In this document: positions 19,836 to 30,500 of the stretch, piece by piece
Position numbering within the stretch: the stretch's first letter is position 1
Layout: each line of letters starts with the position of its first letter
Source: Candidatus Latescibacterota bacterium
GTDB lineage: Bacteria; Latescibacterota; UBA2968
Length of the DNA: 64,000 nt
Assembly (NCBI GenBank): GCA_965198115.1
Contig: OZ240241.1
Location: forward strand, 1,984,001 to 2,048,000
Reading direction: 5' to 3'
Notes under the pieces: generated by a model
Databases searched by the model: none
What the model was told of the DNA's origin: nothing
What the model saw: the letters and a program-made list of their open reading frames with translations, nothing else
Position numbers and translations under genes: made by a program

Positions 19836-20714
19836 TCATTCAACGTTGAGGACCTGCTCCTTCAGCTTTTCGATCTCTTCCTTGATATCGACCACGAGGT
19901 GGGCGATATCGGCATCCGATGCCTTCGAGCCGATCGTGTTGGCTTCCCGCAACATCTCCTGAAGCAGAAAGTTGAGGCGTCGTCCGGCCGCTTCGTCCCG
20001 CTTCAGAGTGTCGGAGAACTGCTGATTATGACTGTGGAACCGCACACACTCCTCGGTGATGTCCCCTCGATCGGCAATCAGGGCGATTTCCGTCAACAGC
20101 CGACTCTCGTCGACCTGGTCTGGCGCCAGCAAGGACGATAGCTTTTCCTCCAGGCGCTTGCGCGCGGTCTCGGTCCGTTCCGGCGCCAAACGCTCGACCT
20201 CACCAACCAGTTCCCGCAGTCGGTCCACTCGCGATACGAAATCTTCGCCGAGCTTGGCGCCTTCGGCTCGACGCATCGAGGCACACTGGGCCGCCGCCGC
20301 CCCGCAGGCCGTCTCCATCGCGTTCCACGCCGCTTCGACATCGACCTCGGCCGCCTCGAAAGTGAAGACATTCGGCAGGCCGGCCAGCTCGGTCACGGTG
20401 AACTCTCCGGCCACGAGGTCTCGATCTTTGAGGTTCTGGAGCTCCGACAGGTAGGCGCCGACTACCTCTTCGTTCAGACTCGGCAGTCCCTGGCCGCTCG
20501 AATCGCCCTTCACGGTGACGCTTACATCGATACGACCCCGGGAAAACGACTGCAGTACAAGGTTCTTGACCCGCGATTCGAGCTCGGACAGGTAGCGTGG
20601 CAGATGAATCGACACATCGCCGTAACGGCCGTTGACAGTCCTGATTTCGACCGCGAAACAGACGCCCTCTGCCTGCGCTTCACCCTTACCGAACCCGGTC
20701 ATACTGCTGATCAT
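19836..20714 (-). CDS. yicC: YicC/YloC endoribonuclease
   Basis: SMTGFG, DITEECVR, GRRLNFLLQEM.REANTIGSK, EQVLNVE. Confidence 0.95.
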   Translation of the reverse strand: MISSMTGFGKGEAQAEGVCFAVEIRTVNGRYGDVSIHLPRYLSELESRVKNLVLQSFSRGRIDVSVTVKGDSSGQGLPSLNEEVVGAYLSELQNLKDRDLVAGEFTVTELAGLPNVFTFEAAEVDVEAAWNAMETACGAAAAQCASMRRAEGAKLGEDFVSRVDRLRELVGEVERLAPERTETARKRLEEKLSSLLAPDQVDESRLLTEIALIADRGDITEECVRFHSHNQQFSDTLKRDEAAGRRLNFLLQEMLREANTIGSKASDADIAHLVVDIKEEIEKLKEQVLNVE

Positions 20715-20755
20715 GCAGCTTTCGCCCCAAAAATTGACTAAAAGGCCAACCGGAA

Positions 20756-21361
20756 ATGGATAAACTTAAGCTTCTGCGCGATTTCTGTCAAACGAGCGGG
20801 CTCGGATCCCCCCTCGTTTTGGTCAGTTCTTTGTTCCTGGTCCAGTCGAACCCGGCGTGGGCGGAGACGTCGCCCCCGGCAACCGTGTCGACCGTCGTGA
20901 AGGAGGTCCGCCAGGTGTCCGATGGCGCCGGTGCCCAGTATGTGGCCTATCTCTACGACGCCGTGGACGACCGCGCGTTGCCCATCTGGATCAGCCCGAA
21001 TCAGGCCTTCTCGATCGCCACCGTCCTCTCAACGATACGCCCTTCCCAAGACCGCTCACGCACGACCTGATGTCGGCCTTCCTCAAGGAAACCCAGACCA
21101 GCCTCGAGCGAATCGTCATCGACACGCTGCGCCCCACGACCGACGATCGTTCCAGCGCCACCTATTTCGCGACCCTCACGTTGCGCACCTCTGGCGGAAC
21201 GGAGATTCAACTCGACGCCCGGCCCAGCGACGCCATGGCCCTGGCCGTCCGTCTCGGACTCGCCGTTCACGTTTCGCGAGCGATCATGGATCACAACGGC
21301 CTGACCGACGAACACCCCCCCCACCGCGCCGAAATCGACCGAAGAAGATCCGTACTACTGA
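20756..21361 (+). pseudogene. Bifunctional nuclease (DUF151) with two apparent frameshifts
   Basis: RALPIWIS in one frame, PRPLTHDL and LDARPSDAMALA in another. Extra TC at about 21028. Removing one C from the C8 run (21315-21322) gives a stop at 21361. Confidence 0.7.
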
Positions 21362-23409
21362 CCGACCGCCAGAGCATCGGCGAGGTCTGCAGCTCGATGG
21401 AGAGGCAGCGAGCAGACACGATCGCGGCAAACATACGCCGTCGCCTTCCCGTCGACCAGAACGCGATCTTTGGTGATCGCCAGCGCCTGGCCATCGTCGG
21501 GTGACGTCCGCGCCACGACCAGGTTGGGCACGAACGTGCGCCATCCGGTTTGAACGAGCGTCTCCAGGTCGGGGTCGCCGGGCTCCCCGACGCACACCAG
21601 TTCGGTCGGGCCCTTTAGGACGAAGTCCGCAGCCATCAGCATCTGGCCGAACCCGGAAGGCATTTCTCGCAAGAACGGAAGGAAGAGACGGACCGTCGAT
21701 TCGGCCAGATCTGCCCACTCGGATCTTCCGGTCAGGGTCGCCAACCTGAGCAGGGCTGTAGCCGCAACCGCATTCCCCGACGGGGTCGCGTTGTCGTAAG
21801 GATTCTTCGATCGCACGATCAGGGCCTCGTGATCCCTCCCCGTATAAAAAAATCCGCCGTCGGCATCGTCCCAGAACTGGTCCACCATCACGTCGACGAG
21901 GTCACCGGCCTCCTCCAACCATCCTCGCTCGAACGTGGTCTCGTAGAGATCGATCAAGCCGTTGACGACGCACGCGTAATCGTCGTGGTAGCCGTTGAAC
22001 CGGGGGCGACCATCCTGGTAGACGTGCCACAGTCGGCCATCGTCCTGGCGCATCTCGTCCAAGATGAAGCGGGCGGCTTTCGATGCCGCCTCGTCGAATC
22101 GCGAATGACCGAACACGCGTCCCGCGACCGCCATCGCAGAGATCATCAGGCCGTTCCAGTTGGCCAGAACCTTGTCGTCGCGGTCGGGTGCCACACGTTG
22201 GCTTCGCGCATCGAACATGGCATTCCGCCCTCTGTCGAGGGTCGCGAGAAGCGATGTCACATCGACCCCCAGGCTGTGGGCGACCGATTCCGGATCCTGC
22301 GGGACATTCAGGATGTTCCGTCCTTCGAAGTTCCCCGACGGCGTCACGTCGTAGTAGGCGCACAGCGCGCCCGCTTCCTCTGAACCCACGACAGCTTCCA
22401 CCTCTTCCAGCGTCCATACGAAGAACTTCCCCTCCTCCCCTTCGCTGTCGGCATCCTGCGTGGCGTAGAAGCTCCCCTGCGGAGAGGTCATTTCTCGCAA
22501 AACGTAGACGAGCGTCTCGACGGCGATTCGCTCGTAGAGAGCGTGCCGCGTCACACCGTAGGCCCGGGTATACAGCCTGGACAGAAGCGCGTTGTCGTAG
22601 AGCATTTTCTCAAAGTGCGGAACCAGCCACCGATGGTCGACCGAATAGCGGTGGAAACCGCCTCCCAGCTGATCGTAAATCCCTCCCGTCGCCATCCTGT
22701 CGAGCGTCAGCGTAACGCAGTTGAGGACGTCGGTATCCCCAGTATGGACGTGATGCCGCAACAGCAGGTCCAGATTCATGGTATTCGGAAACTTCGGCTG
22801 TGTCCCGAAGCCACCGAAACGGTCGTCGACGTTCTGTGACAGCTTTACGGCGGCTCGCTCCACCAGGTCGGATTCCAACCCCTCCTCCGACGCCGAGAGG
22901 CGCCCGAGTCGCTCCAGCCCCTCGATCATTCGGCCGCTCGCCCTGCTCACATCTTCACGTTTCTCCCGGTAGGTGGTCGCGATGCTCTCCAGAACCTGTC
23001 CGAATCCGGGTCGACCATAGCGGCTCTCCGGTGGGAAGTATGTGCCTCCATAAAAGGGCTCAGCATCCGGCGTCAAAAACACCGACATGGGCCAACCGCC
23101 CTGCTGGGTCATCAACTGAACCGCATTCATGTAGATCTCGTCGACGTCGGGTCGTTCCTCGCGGTCGACTTTAATGTTCACGAAATGGGCATTCATACTC
23201 TTAGCGATCGCCTCGTTTTCGAACGACTCGTGCGCCATGACGTGACACCAGTGACAGGCCGAATACCCGACACTCAGGAAAATCGGCTTGTCCTGTTGGC
23301 GAGCGGTTTCGAAGGCTTCCTCTCCCCACGGATACCAGTCTACGGGGTTGTCTGCGTGTTGAAGGAGGTAGGGGCTCGTTTCTTCGCCGAGCCTGTTCGT
23401 AGTGAGCAC
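21355..23409 (-). CDS. YyaL/SPATA20-like thioredoxin (DUF255) + six-hairpin glycosidase-like protein
   Basis: [42 protein letters not shown] start at 23409. Confidence 0.92.
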   Translation of the reverse strand: MLTTNRLGEETSPYLLQHADNPVDWYPWGEEAFETARQQDKPIFLSVGYSACHWCHVMAHESFENEAIAKSMNAHFVNIKVDREERPDVDEIYMNAVQLMTQQGGWPMSVFLTPDAEPFYGGTYFPPESRYGRPGFGQVLESIATTYREKREDVSRASGRMIEGLERLGRLSASEEGLESDLVERAAVKLSQNVDDRFGGFGTQPKFPNTMNLDLLLRHHVHTGDTDVLNCVTLTLDRMATGGIYDQLGGGFHRYSVDHRWLVPHFEKMLYDNALLSRLYTRAYGVTRHALYERIAVETLVYVLREMTSPQGSFYATQDADSEGEEGKFFVWTLEEVEAVVGSEEAGALCAYYDVTPSGNFEGRNILNVPQDPESVAHSLGVDVTSLLATLDRGRNAMFDARSQRVAPDRDDKVLANWNGLMISAMAVAGRVFGHSRFDEAASKAARFILDEMRQDDGRLWHVYQDGRPRFNGYHDDYACVVNGLIDLYETTFERGWLEEAGDLVDVMVDQFWDDADGGFFYTGRDHEALIVRSKNPYDNATPSGNAVAATALLRLATLTGRSEWADLAESTVRLFLPFLREMPSGFGQMLMAADFVLKGPTELVCVGEPGDPDLETLVQTGWRTFVPNLVVARTSPDDGQALAITKDRVLVDGKATAYVCRDRVCSLPLHRAADLADALAVGQ

Positions 23410-23420
23410 CTGCGACCTCG

Positions 23421-24794
23421 CTAACGGAAGCTGAGCGTCGTACGGATCGGACGCCCCGGCATGATCTTCTTGAGCCGACCTGCGCCCCACGCATCCCAGC
23501 GATCCGACCACGTAAAGATGTCACCCGTGGGCCGTGTCCGAACGACCCGGCCACCCGGCAGGACACCCTCAATCTGAAGGTTGCCGATCGTGCTCGCCTC
23601 GATGCCGGGCGCATCGATTTCAATCCTGTTGACCAGGTCGAGACGTTCGAGGATGGCTTCGGGAAGATCCATCCTCCTCGGAGCGAACTGAGCCCCGTAG
23701 GGCAGGTCGCCCACCGGTTCCCCGTTCAAACGGACGTGCTTTCCCGGGCGCATGGCATCCCACGCGCAAAACCTCAGGTAGGCTCTTCGCAGGTGCGGGA
23801 TGTCCCGATAAAGGAGTCTGGCGTCGTCGGGATGAGCCATCTCCCAGAGCTGATGGGGGGATCCGGGCTCTCGCCAGGCCACGATCGACTCAACGCCACG
23901 GTTCAGATGGTGCCAGCCGACCTCGACACGGTCCACCTCCACCCGGACCAAAAACCATCCCGGCGCCGTGTTTTCCAGATACCCCGACCACGACCAGAGG
24001 ATGTCATCCTCGTCGACGAGTTTTGCGTGGACCCGATCGAGCGGCGTCGGCAATTCCTCCGGAAGGCCGATCGGCGCTCCCATACACTGCAGCACGGGAT
24101 GGCCGGCCGTCCTTCTAAGAAGGATGCTCTGGTTGTGCGTGTGACCGCAGAAATAGGCATCGATCGGGTATCGTGAGAGCAGTCGGCTCAGGTCGCTCGA
24201 GAACTGCAAGTTCGAGAAGAAGGCTCGGGAGACGGGCCAGACCGGGTGGTGGCCGTGGACGAACAGACGCTTCTCGTCCTTGGCCGATGAAGCCAGAAGG
24301 TCCTCGAACCAGCGTGCCTGCGTGTCGCCTTCTCCCCATGTCGTGGAATCCAGGACCGCGACACGACAACCGCCCACCTCGAAGGCGTAGTAGGATTCCG
24401 ATACGTCCGTCCCCAAAACTCGGCTGACTCGTTCCAGAACAGACGTCTCGTAGAATGGGCTGGGATCGTGATTGCCCCTGGCGAACAGGAGCGGCAATTC
24501 ATAACGCGAGAAAAAACGAATGGCGGATCGAAGTTCCTCTGGCTGAACGTCCACTCCCTGACCTTCAGCCAGATCACCCGTCAACAGAACGAAGGCCGGC
24601 TCAGCCGCACGCAGAGTCTCCATCATGGGGACGAGCGCGTAGTCGACGTTGTCGACATACTTGCTCGCATCGAGGGGTCTTGTCCCGGGGGCCTTCCACG
24701 CGAACTCCCGCTGCGCCAGCTCACCTGAAAAATGAGCGTCTCCTACGACAGCAAACGAAAAAGGCGGTGTGACGGTTTGGAGGGGGGCGTTCAG
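23421..24794 (-). CDS. Calcineurin-like metallophosphoesterase with C-terminal beta domain; probable CTG start
   Basis: Motif I (FAVVGDAH) lies in frame upstream of the called ATG 24626, followed by TGD, GNHD, HHP and GHTH. GGAG lies 6 nt before CTG 24794. Confidence 0.75.
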   Translation of the reverse strand: MNAPLQTVTPPFSFAVVGDAHFSGELAQREFAWKAPGTRPLDASKYVDNVDYALVPMMETLRAAEPAFVLLTGDLAEGQGVDVQPEELRSAIRFFSRYELPLLFARGNHDPSPFYETSVLERVSRVLGTDVSESYYAFEVGGCRVAVLDSTTWGEGDTQARWFEDLLASSAKDEKRLFVHGHHPVWPVSRAFFSNLQFSSDLSRLLSRYPIDAYFCGHTHNQSILLRRTAGHPVLQCMGAPIGLPEELPTPLDRVHAKLVDEDDILWSWSGYLENTAPGWFLVRVEVDRVEVGWHHLNRGVESIVAWREPGSPHQLWEMAHPDDARLLYRDIPHLRRAYLRFCAWDAMRPGKHVRLNGEPVGDLPYGAQFAPRRMDLPEAILERLDLVNRIEIDAPGIEASTIGNLQIEGVLPGGRVVRTRPTGDIFTWSDRWDAWGAGRLKKIMPGRPIRTTLSFR

Positions 24795-24817
24795 GTGAGG
24801 CTCCGTTGGATTGTGTC

Positions 24818-24846
24818 TTGACGCAACGATACGATCGGATTACTCT
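24818..24846 (+). promoter_or_regulatory. Sigma70-like promoter of the FMN reductase gene
   Basis: TTGACG-17 bp-TACTCT. Confidence 0.55.
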
Positions 24847-24871
24847 CTTGCCCGATCGAAAGGAGGGCACC

Positions 24872-25417
24872 CTGACTGAGCTCCACATCACGATCCTCAG
24901 CTGTAGTCTTTCCGAAAACAGCCGGAGCCGTCTGCTTTGTCGTCACGCCGAAGCGGTTCTGCATTCGGTGCCCTGTCAGACGACCTGGATGGACCTTCGC
25001 GAACATCGTGTGCTCCCGCACGGTATGGACGGTAGCGAGGGGATCGACGAGATCCGGAATGTGTTGGATACCGCGGCCGGAATCCTGATCGGCTTTCCCG
25101 TCTACAATTATACGATGAACAGCAGTTTGAAGACGGTCATTGAACGGTTTGGCCGATCGATGGAAAACAAGATCGTCGGACTGATGATGGCCGCGGGCGG
25201 TCGCGCCAGTTACATGAGCAGCATGGATGTTGCGGCCAGCCTGATGTTCGACTTCCGCACCTGGATCGCCCCCAGATCGGTCTACGCAACCTCCGACGAT
25301 TTCGACGACGATCGAACACGCATCGACAGCGACGAGATCAGGGATCGGGTCGAGGAGCTGTCACTCACGGTCGCGACACGTGCGTGGCAACACGCCCAGC
25401 AAACACCGTTCGGCTAG
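24872..25417 (+). CDS. NADPH-dependent FMN reductase; probable CTG start
   Basis: SCSLSENSRS, FPVYNY..NSSLK, AAGG. AAGGAGG lies 5 nt before CTG 24872. Confidence 0.8.
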   Translation: MTELHITILSCSLSENSRSRLLCRHAEAVLHSVPCQTTWMDLREHRVLPHGMDGSEGIDEIRNVLDTAAGILIGFPVYNYTMNSSLKTVIERFGRSMENKIVGLMMAAGGRASYMSSMDVAASLMFDFRTWIAPRSVYATSDDFDDDRTRIDSDEIRDRVEELSLTVATRAWQHAQQTPFG

Positions 25418-25441
25418 ACGACATCCACATGAATATGAAAA

Positions 25442-25472
25442 CTGCCCGGGCGAGGCCTTCCTGCCCGGGCAG
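25442..25472. terminator. Hairpin between convergent genes
   Basis: CTGCCCGGGC...GCCCGGGCAG inverted repeat. Confidence 0.5.
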
Positions 25473-25498
25473 CTCCTGTTTAAACGTGTTCTGGTCGA

Positions 25499-27538
25499 TC
25501 AGAAAGCCACCGACGAGACGGCCTTCGAGATCAGGGCGATCGACACCGACGTCATGCCGATGAGTCCCATCCCACACGAATACCCCGCCAGGAGGATGGG
25601 AGTGTAGGCCTTCCACTTGGCCTCCCCGAATCGCTTCATAAAGTAATGACGCCCGAGCAGGGCACCGATGAACTGAAGCAGAATCAGATGGGGGAACTGA
25701 GACAGGGATCCGACAAACCCGAAGAAGATCAGCGTCGGGGCTTTGAGCGCCGCCAGAACGGCGTAGAACGCGCTGCCCGCGATGAAGCCCGAAACGACTA
25801 GCTCCCACTTGATGATCTCTTTGAGGAGACTTACCCCCACCGCGCCGCTGCTCGCGTCACCCGGAAGAGTCGACTTGAGCCAGAGCGTCTGCATCGTCGC
25901 ATCGAACGGCCAAAGCAGCTGGACGTAAGGATAGGTGCTCGACGGAATCGGTTCGAGACGCCATATGAATTCCCAGAACAGGAAGCTGCACCCGAACACG
26001 ACGATCGACGTGACGACCGTGAGCTTCACGTAGCTCACGAACTTGGTCTTCGTCAACTCGAGCTGCTTGTAGGTTCTGACGGCGGTCCCGTGGTCGTGAA
26101 TCGGCAGCGGGGCGAACCACGCGGCGATACCCTCGTAGCCGGAGAGGATGATGGCCGCCTGCCGCAGGTAGGGTATCGACGCGCCGTAGGGCGATCCGGT
26201 CAACCCGATCATGCGCGCCCCGATGTAGGACGAGATCGGCGTGTAGACAAAACCGAAGAAGGCCAGCCATCCCCAGTGGAACTCGGGAACCAGCACCTGG
26301 CAAAGAATGACGAACCCGATCGTCGCCACCGCCCAGAAAGACAATGCCCAGACCATCGGCACGTCGCCTCGACCCTCGGGCAATTCCTCGACGATGGCCC
26401 CAGACCTTCCCTCGGCCTGTTCCCGCTTCCGATGCTGGTACATGGCCCGGCCGGCGGTCAGGAACCCTGTTGCGGCAATCACGAGCGACAGACCGATGCT
26501 GAAGCTGAGCCAGAAATCGAACTCGTTTGAAATGCGCGCCGGGACCGCCGTCATCCCCGGCGACCAGCGCTGCAGGACGCCGACGTTGTAGAGGACAGGG
26601 TTGATCACCAGATTGCCCACGATCGACCCGACGGCCGACCCAAACACAACGTAGTACGGCAGCACGAACCCGATGAAAACGTGAATCAGGTCGGTGCCGA
26701 TGCCGAACACGGCGGCGGGCAGGATGCTCTTGATCTCGCTCGTAAAGTCGATGAACGGGATCGGCAGAATCTCGATCTTCTCCGTCAGGAAGACGCCCGA
26801 GAGCGTCGGCACCACGATGTAGAGAAGTCCCCAGACCATGCCGATGCAGGTCCCGGTCGAGAACACCCGCCAGCGCCACCCCTCCTGCTTCGATGATGTT
26901 TCCGCCAGAGCCGTGGCGCCGCGCGCTTGCACGGGAGCCATCGGGAACGGCAGCTTTTCGATATCGCTCGTCACGCGGAACGTCACGTAGCCCAGTGAGA
27001 GCCGCGCCGCCTGCGAAAGGACGGTCACGAGGAACAGGATGGCGACTGGCTTGATCCACACACTGTCGACGAACGTGCGGGCCGCATAAACGCCGGAGCT
27101 GAGGGGCGGCACGAACCAGTCGGGCATGTACTTGTCGAGCCCCTCGGCGGCCGGCGATTGGATCAGATACTGATCCCAAATTAGCCCACCGAAAGGTCCT
27201 CCGTAGACGTGGGGACCGCCACCGAGCTTGACCCCGACGCTCAGCAGGAAACCCGCAACCCAGTAGATGACGATCAGTTCCTGCGTCTTCAGCCTGACGA
27301 ACGAGCGCTTGGCGATCTCCAAAAACAGGATGATCGTTACCCATTCCGACGCCCCAGCCATGTTACCGCCCGTCACGAGACCCAGGTAGATCGCGCCCGG
27401 AAGCATGACGAGCCCTACGAAGAAGACCGCCCAGATCGTCTTCATGTTGAAGCCGTCTTCATACGGGGCATCGGGCGGCATGATGTGCTCGTACTGTTGC
27501 TCTTCTTCTCTGGCTTCCTCGTCTGGATCAGTTGCCAC
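25499..27538 (-). CDS. OPT-like polytopic membrane protein (putative peptide transporter)
   Basis: Many TM segments; EKLPFPMAPV.A.GATALA and PIPFIDFT are reminiscent of the OPT superfamily. Confidence 0.65.
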   Translation of the reverse strand: MATDPDEEAREEEQQYEHIMPPDAPYEDGFNMKTIWAVFFVGLVMLPGAIYLGLVTGGNMAGASEWVTIILFLEIAKRSFVRLKTQELIVIYWVAGFLLSVGVKLGGGPHVYGGPFGGLIWDQYLIQSPAAEGLDKYMPDWFVPPLSSGVYAARTFVDSVWIKPVAILFLVTVLSQAARLSLGYVTFRVTSDIEKLPFPMAPVQARGATALAETSSKQEGWRWRVFSTGTCIGMVWGLLYIVVPTLSGVFLTEKIEILPIPFIDFTSEIKSILPAAVFGIGTDLIHVFIGFVLPYYVVFGSAVGSIVGNLVINPVLYNVGVLQRWSPGMTAVPARISNEFDFWLSFSIGLSLVIAATGFLTAGRAMYQHRKREQAEGRSGAIVEELPEGRGDVPMVWALSFWAVATIGFVILCQVLVPEFHWGWLAFFGFVYTPISSYIGARMIGLTGSPYGASIPYLRQAAIILSGYEGIAAWFAPLPIHDHGTAVRTYKQLELTKTKFVSYVKLTVVTSIVVFGCSFLFWEFIWRLEPIPSSTYPYVQLLWPFDATMQTLWLKSTLPGDASSGAVGVSLLKEIIKWELVVSGFIAGSAFYAVLAALKAPTLIFFGFVGSLSQFPHLILLQFIGALLGRHYFMKRFGEAKWKAYTPILLAGYSCGMGLIGMTSVSIALISKAVSSVAF

Positions 27539-27570
27539 TGATGTCCCTCCGAATCGTCTTTGCGAATTTG

Positions 27571-30500
27571 TTAGGCCGTTGTCTCGACCGTCTCTCCGGC
27601 AAGGATCTGACTGCCCTCTTCCGCGTAGTTATGCTTCAGGTCACCCGGGATCGTCCTCCACACGAGGAAGCGCTTCCTGAGGGCGTTCAAGAACCCTCGA
27701 TTGATCCGCTTCCACGACGCCACATCTCCGCTCAGTCGGTTGATGACGACCTCGATGCGATAGATGTTGTGCTCGCCCTCGGGGATCGCCTTCAACTCGA
27801 CATTCTGACTGATGCCCAGATCGTAGGGTGCGAGCCAAGCCGTCAGGTGGATTTCGAACTGCGGTTCTCCCTGCACATCCTGGGATGTGAATTCGATGTT
27901 GTCGGCCACGAAGTCGCCGACCGAACCTTCGCCATAAGACTGGAAAACTCGAGTGAGGTAAGTGTACATCCCCAAAACCTCCCCACCACCGACCGTGAAC
28001 GGGAAGTCGAACACCCATCGGTCGCCATCGGGTTCCGGGAATTCCCATTTTCGCGTCACATCGGGCACTGCCATGTCGGCAGCCTTTTTGGCCGGATAGA
28101 GTGTCGACAAGAAAACGGTCGCCATGACGATCAACGTCGCCGAAATGGCTGATAGCGACGAGTAGTTCAGCTCGAGTCCGCCGAGCAGGCCCCGCTCGAA
28201 CAACACCAGGACGAGGACCTGTCCGATCAGGTACCCGAACACGGCACCGAGCGTCGCGAACACACCGGCCTCGGCGAGGAACAGCGCCGAGATGTGGTTG
28301 GGCGCCAGCCCGACCGCCGAATAGATGCCGATTTCCCGGAAACGTTCGTAGACCGCGCCCATCATCGTGTTCAGGACGATCAACGCGGCGATGAGAATCG
28401 GGACGAACAGGCTTCCCAACCCCGAAAGGCTCGTCGAACCGATCGAGCTGTAGACAGTCACGCCTTCTTCATAGCCCACGAACATCGTCAGCGAGACGCG
28501 GGCCATGAACGCCTCGATGTCGGGCACGAAATTGGCCTTGGGTGCTCCGCTCTCATCCTGGAAATCGGAGATCGCAACGGAGTTGAGCGTCCCCCCGACA
28601 TCCTGCACGAACTCGTAGGGTACGATAAACGTGTTCGTCGACTCCAAATGCGTGAACGTTTCGATCGGCGCAGCCGCCACCACCCTCGGGTCCTGATCCT
28701 GCGCGTCGGCCAGGTCGTCCTTTTCTTTGACCGTGTCGACCGGCGTCAGCTTTTCGTCGTCGAGATCCTTGAACTTGTTCAATCCGTCGGAGTCGATGAT
28801 TCCGATGACGGTGAAGACCTGCCCCATGACTTTGATCCGTGCGGTCCCCACGTCTTCGGGGTAGATGCTGACCAGCTCCGCCAGGTCGTGCGGCAGAATG
28901 CAGACGAATTCTTCTCCCGGCTCGAACCATCTTCCCGAAACTAGATGTTGATCGATGTCGGTGACTTTGGGTTCGTCGGGTGTTAAACCCATCACGGCGT
29001 TCACAAAGCTGTCCTTACCCGTCGTCAGCCCCACGTCGAAGTCGATATACGTCGCACGGCTCATGGGAGGCGCCGACGCCTCCGTGGTCCGTTCGAAGTT
29101 CACGTAGGCCCGCTCGCCGCGCACCTGCGACATGTACCACGCACGCGGCACGACCGTCGCTCGACCCACGAACTCGCTCCTCAAGTAATCGAGGACCGAC
29201 TCCTGCATGCCCCGCCACGCGCGATCTCTGACGAGAACACCCTGGTAGGACGGCTTGTTGTCCCTCGGCAGCTTGTAGAACTGTAGCGATGTCTGGACCG
29301 ACGTGAAGGAAAGCGTGGTGAACGTAAGGAGTGTCAGCGTAACCGCCGTGAGCCCCGTTCGGAGAGGGCGTTTTCGAAGGTTCGAGATACCGAGCGTGAC
29401 CGCGGCAGCCGTCGCGCTCAAACGCCCGACATCGGCCTCGTACATGCCCGCCGCAGCAGCTTTCATCTTCCGAACCTCCTGGCCGAACTTCGAAACCACG
29501 ATCACCATGGCCACGCCACCGAGAGCCATGATCACAAAAGCGAGGAAGATGATGTAAGGCGAGTTGCTCAGCTTGAAGGCGGGATGGACGAATCGGAGGA
29601 TCAGGAAGAAGAGGAAGAAGAACCCCGCAAAACCGAACAGCCGTCGAGTGATGTCGGGGAACCCGAACAGAAGCCGCTCGCAGAAGAAGGAGAAGGGCAG
29701 CAACAGGATGAAATAGAAGATGATGCCGCGAACGGTGTCGTTGGCCGTCGCCATCACCTCAGGATACCCGCGTGCCTCCAGCCCCCAGGCGCGTCGTGCG
29801 GCCTCCATGAAACCTTCGTAGTCGTAGTCCTTCAGCCGTTCGTTCGCCTGGCGTAACGCGTCTCTCGCACGTGTGTGGAACATCGTCAACCGCTGGTTCT
29901 CGATCCCGTATTGTGCAAGCTGTTTCATCCGGACGTCGTCGACCACCCACATATCTTTGGCCGCTTCGAACGACGGTCTGAAGATCACGCCGCTCGTGTG
30001 GCCGGTACCACGCGCCCGCTTCTTCAGTTCTTCGTCGACGTCCCATTTGTCGATCGGCCGCTCCAACAGATCCATCGGCGCGTTCAGCAGCAGGTACTTC
30101 ACACCGAACAGCCCCGTGCTCATCAGGATCTTGAGCGGGTCGGTGCCCTCCAACTCCGGCACGTATTTGGCGAAGGCCACACCCGCGCGTGTCACATCGC
30201 CTTCCAATGTGCTCTGTGCCTTGACGTAAGAGAAGCTGAACTCGAGGGGTGTGACGTCGTCCTCGTTCAAGATCTGCATTTTGTCGAGCGCGGTCAGGTA
30301 ACTGGAGTCGATAATCTCGAACACGCTCAGCGACCGGCTCTCGAACACCACTTCCATCATCTCGTTCTCCCACCATCCGTACTTCTGGAGGGTCGGGAAC
30401 TTGGACTTCGAGTTCGATGCACCCCCGCTGTCGCCCTCGGTTCCAAAATCGGGGGCGTAGGAGATGTGGCCGTCTTCGTCGAAATCGTAGGCCAGGACCG

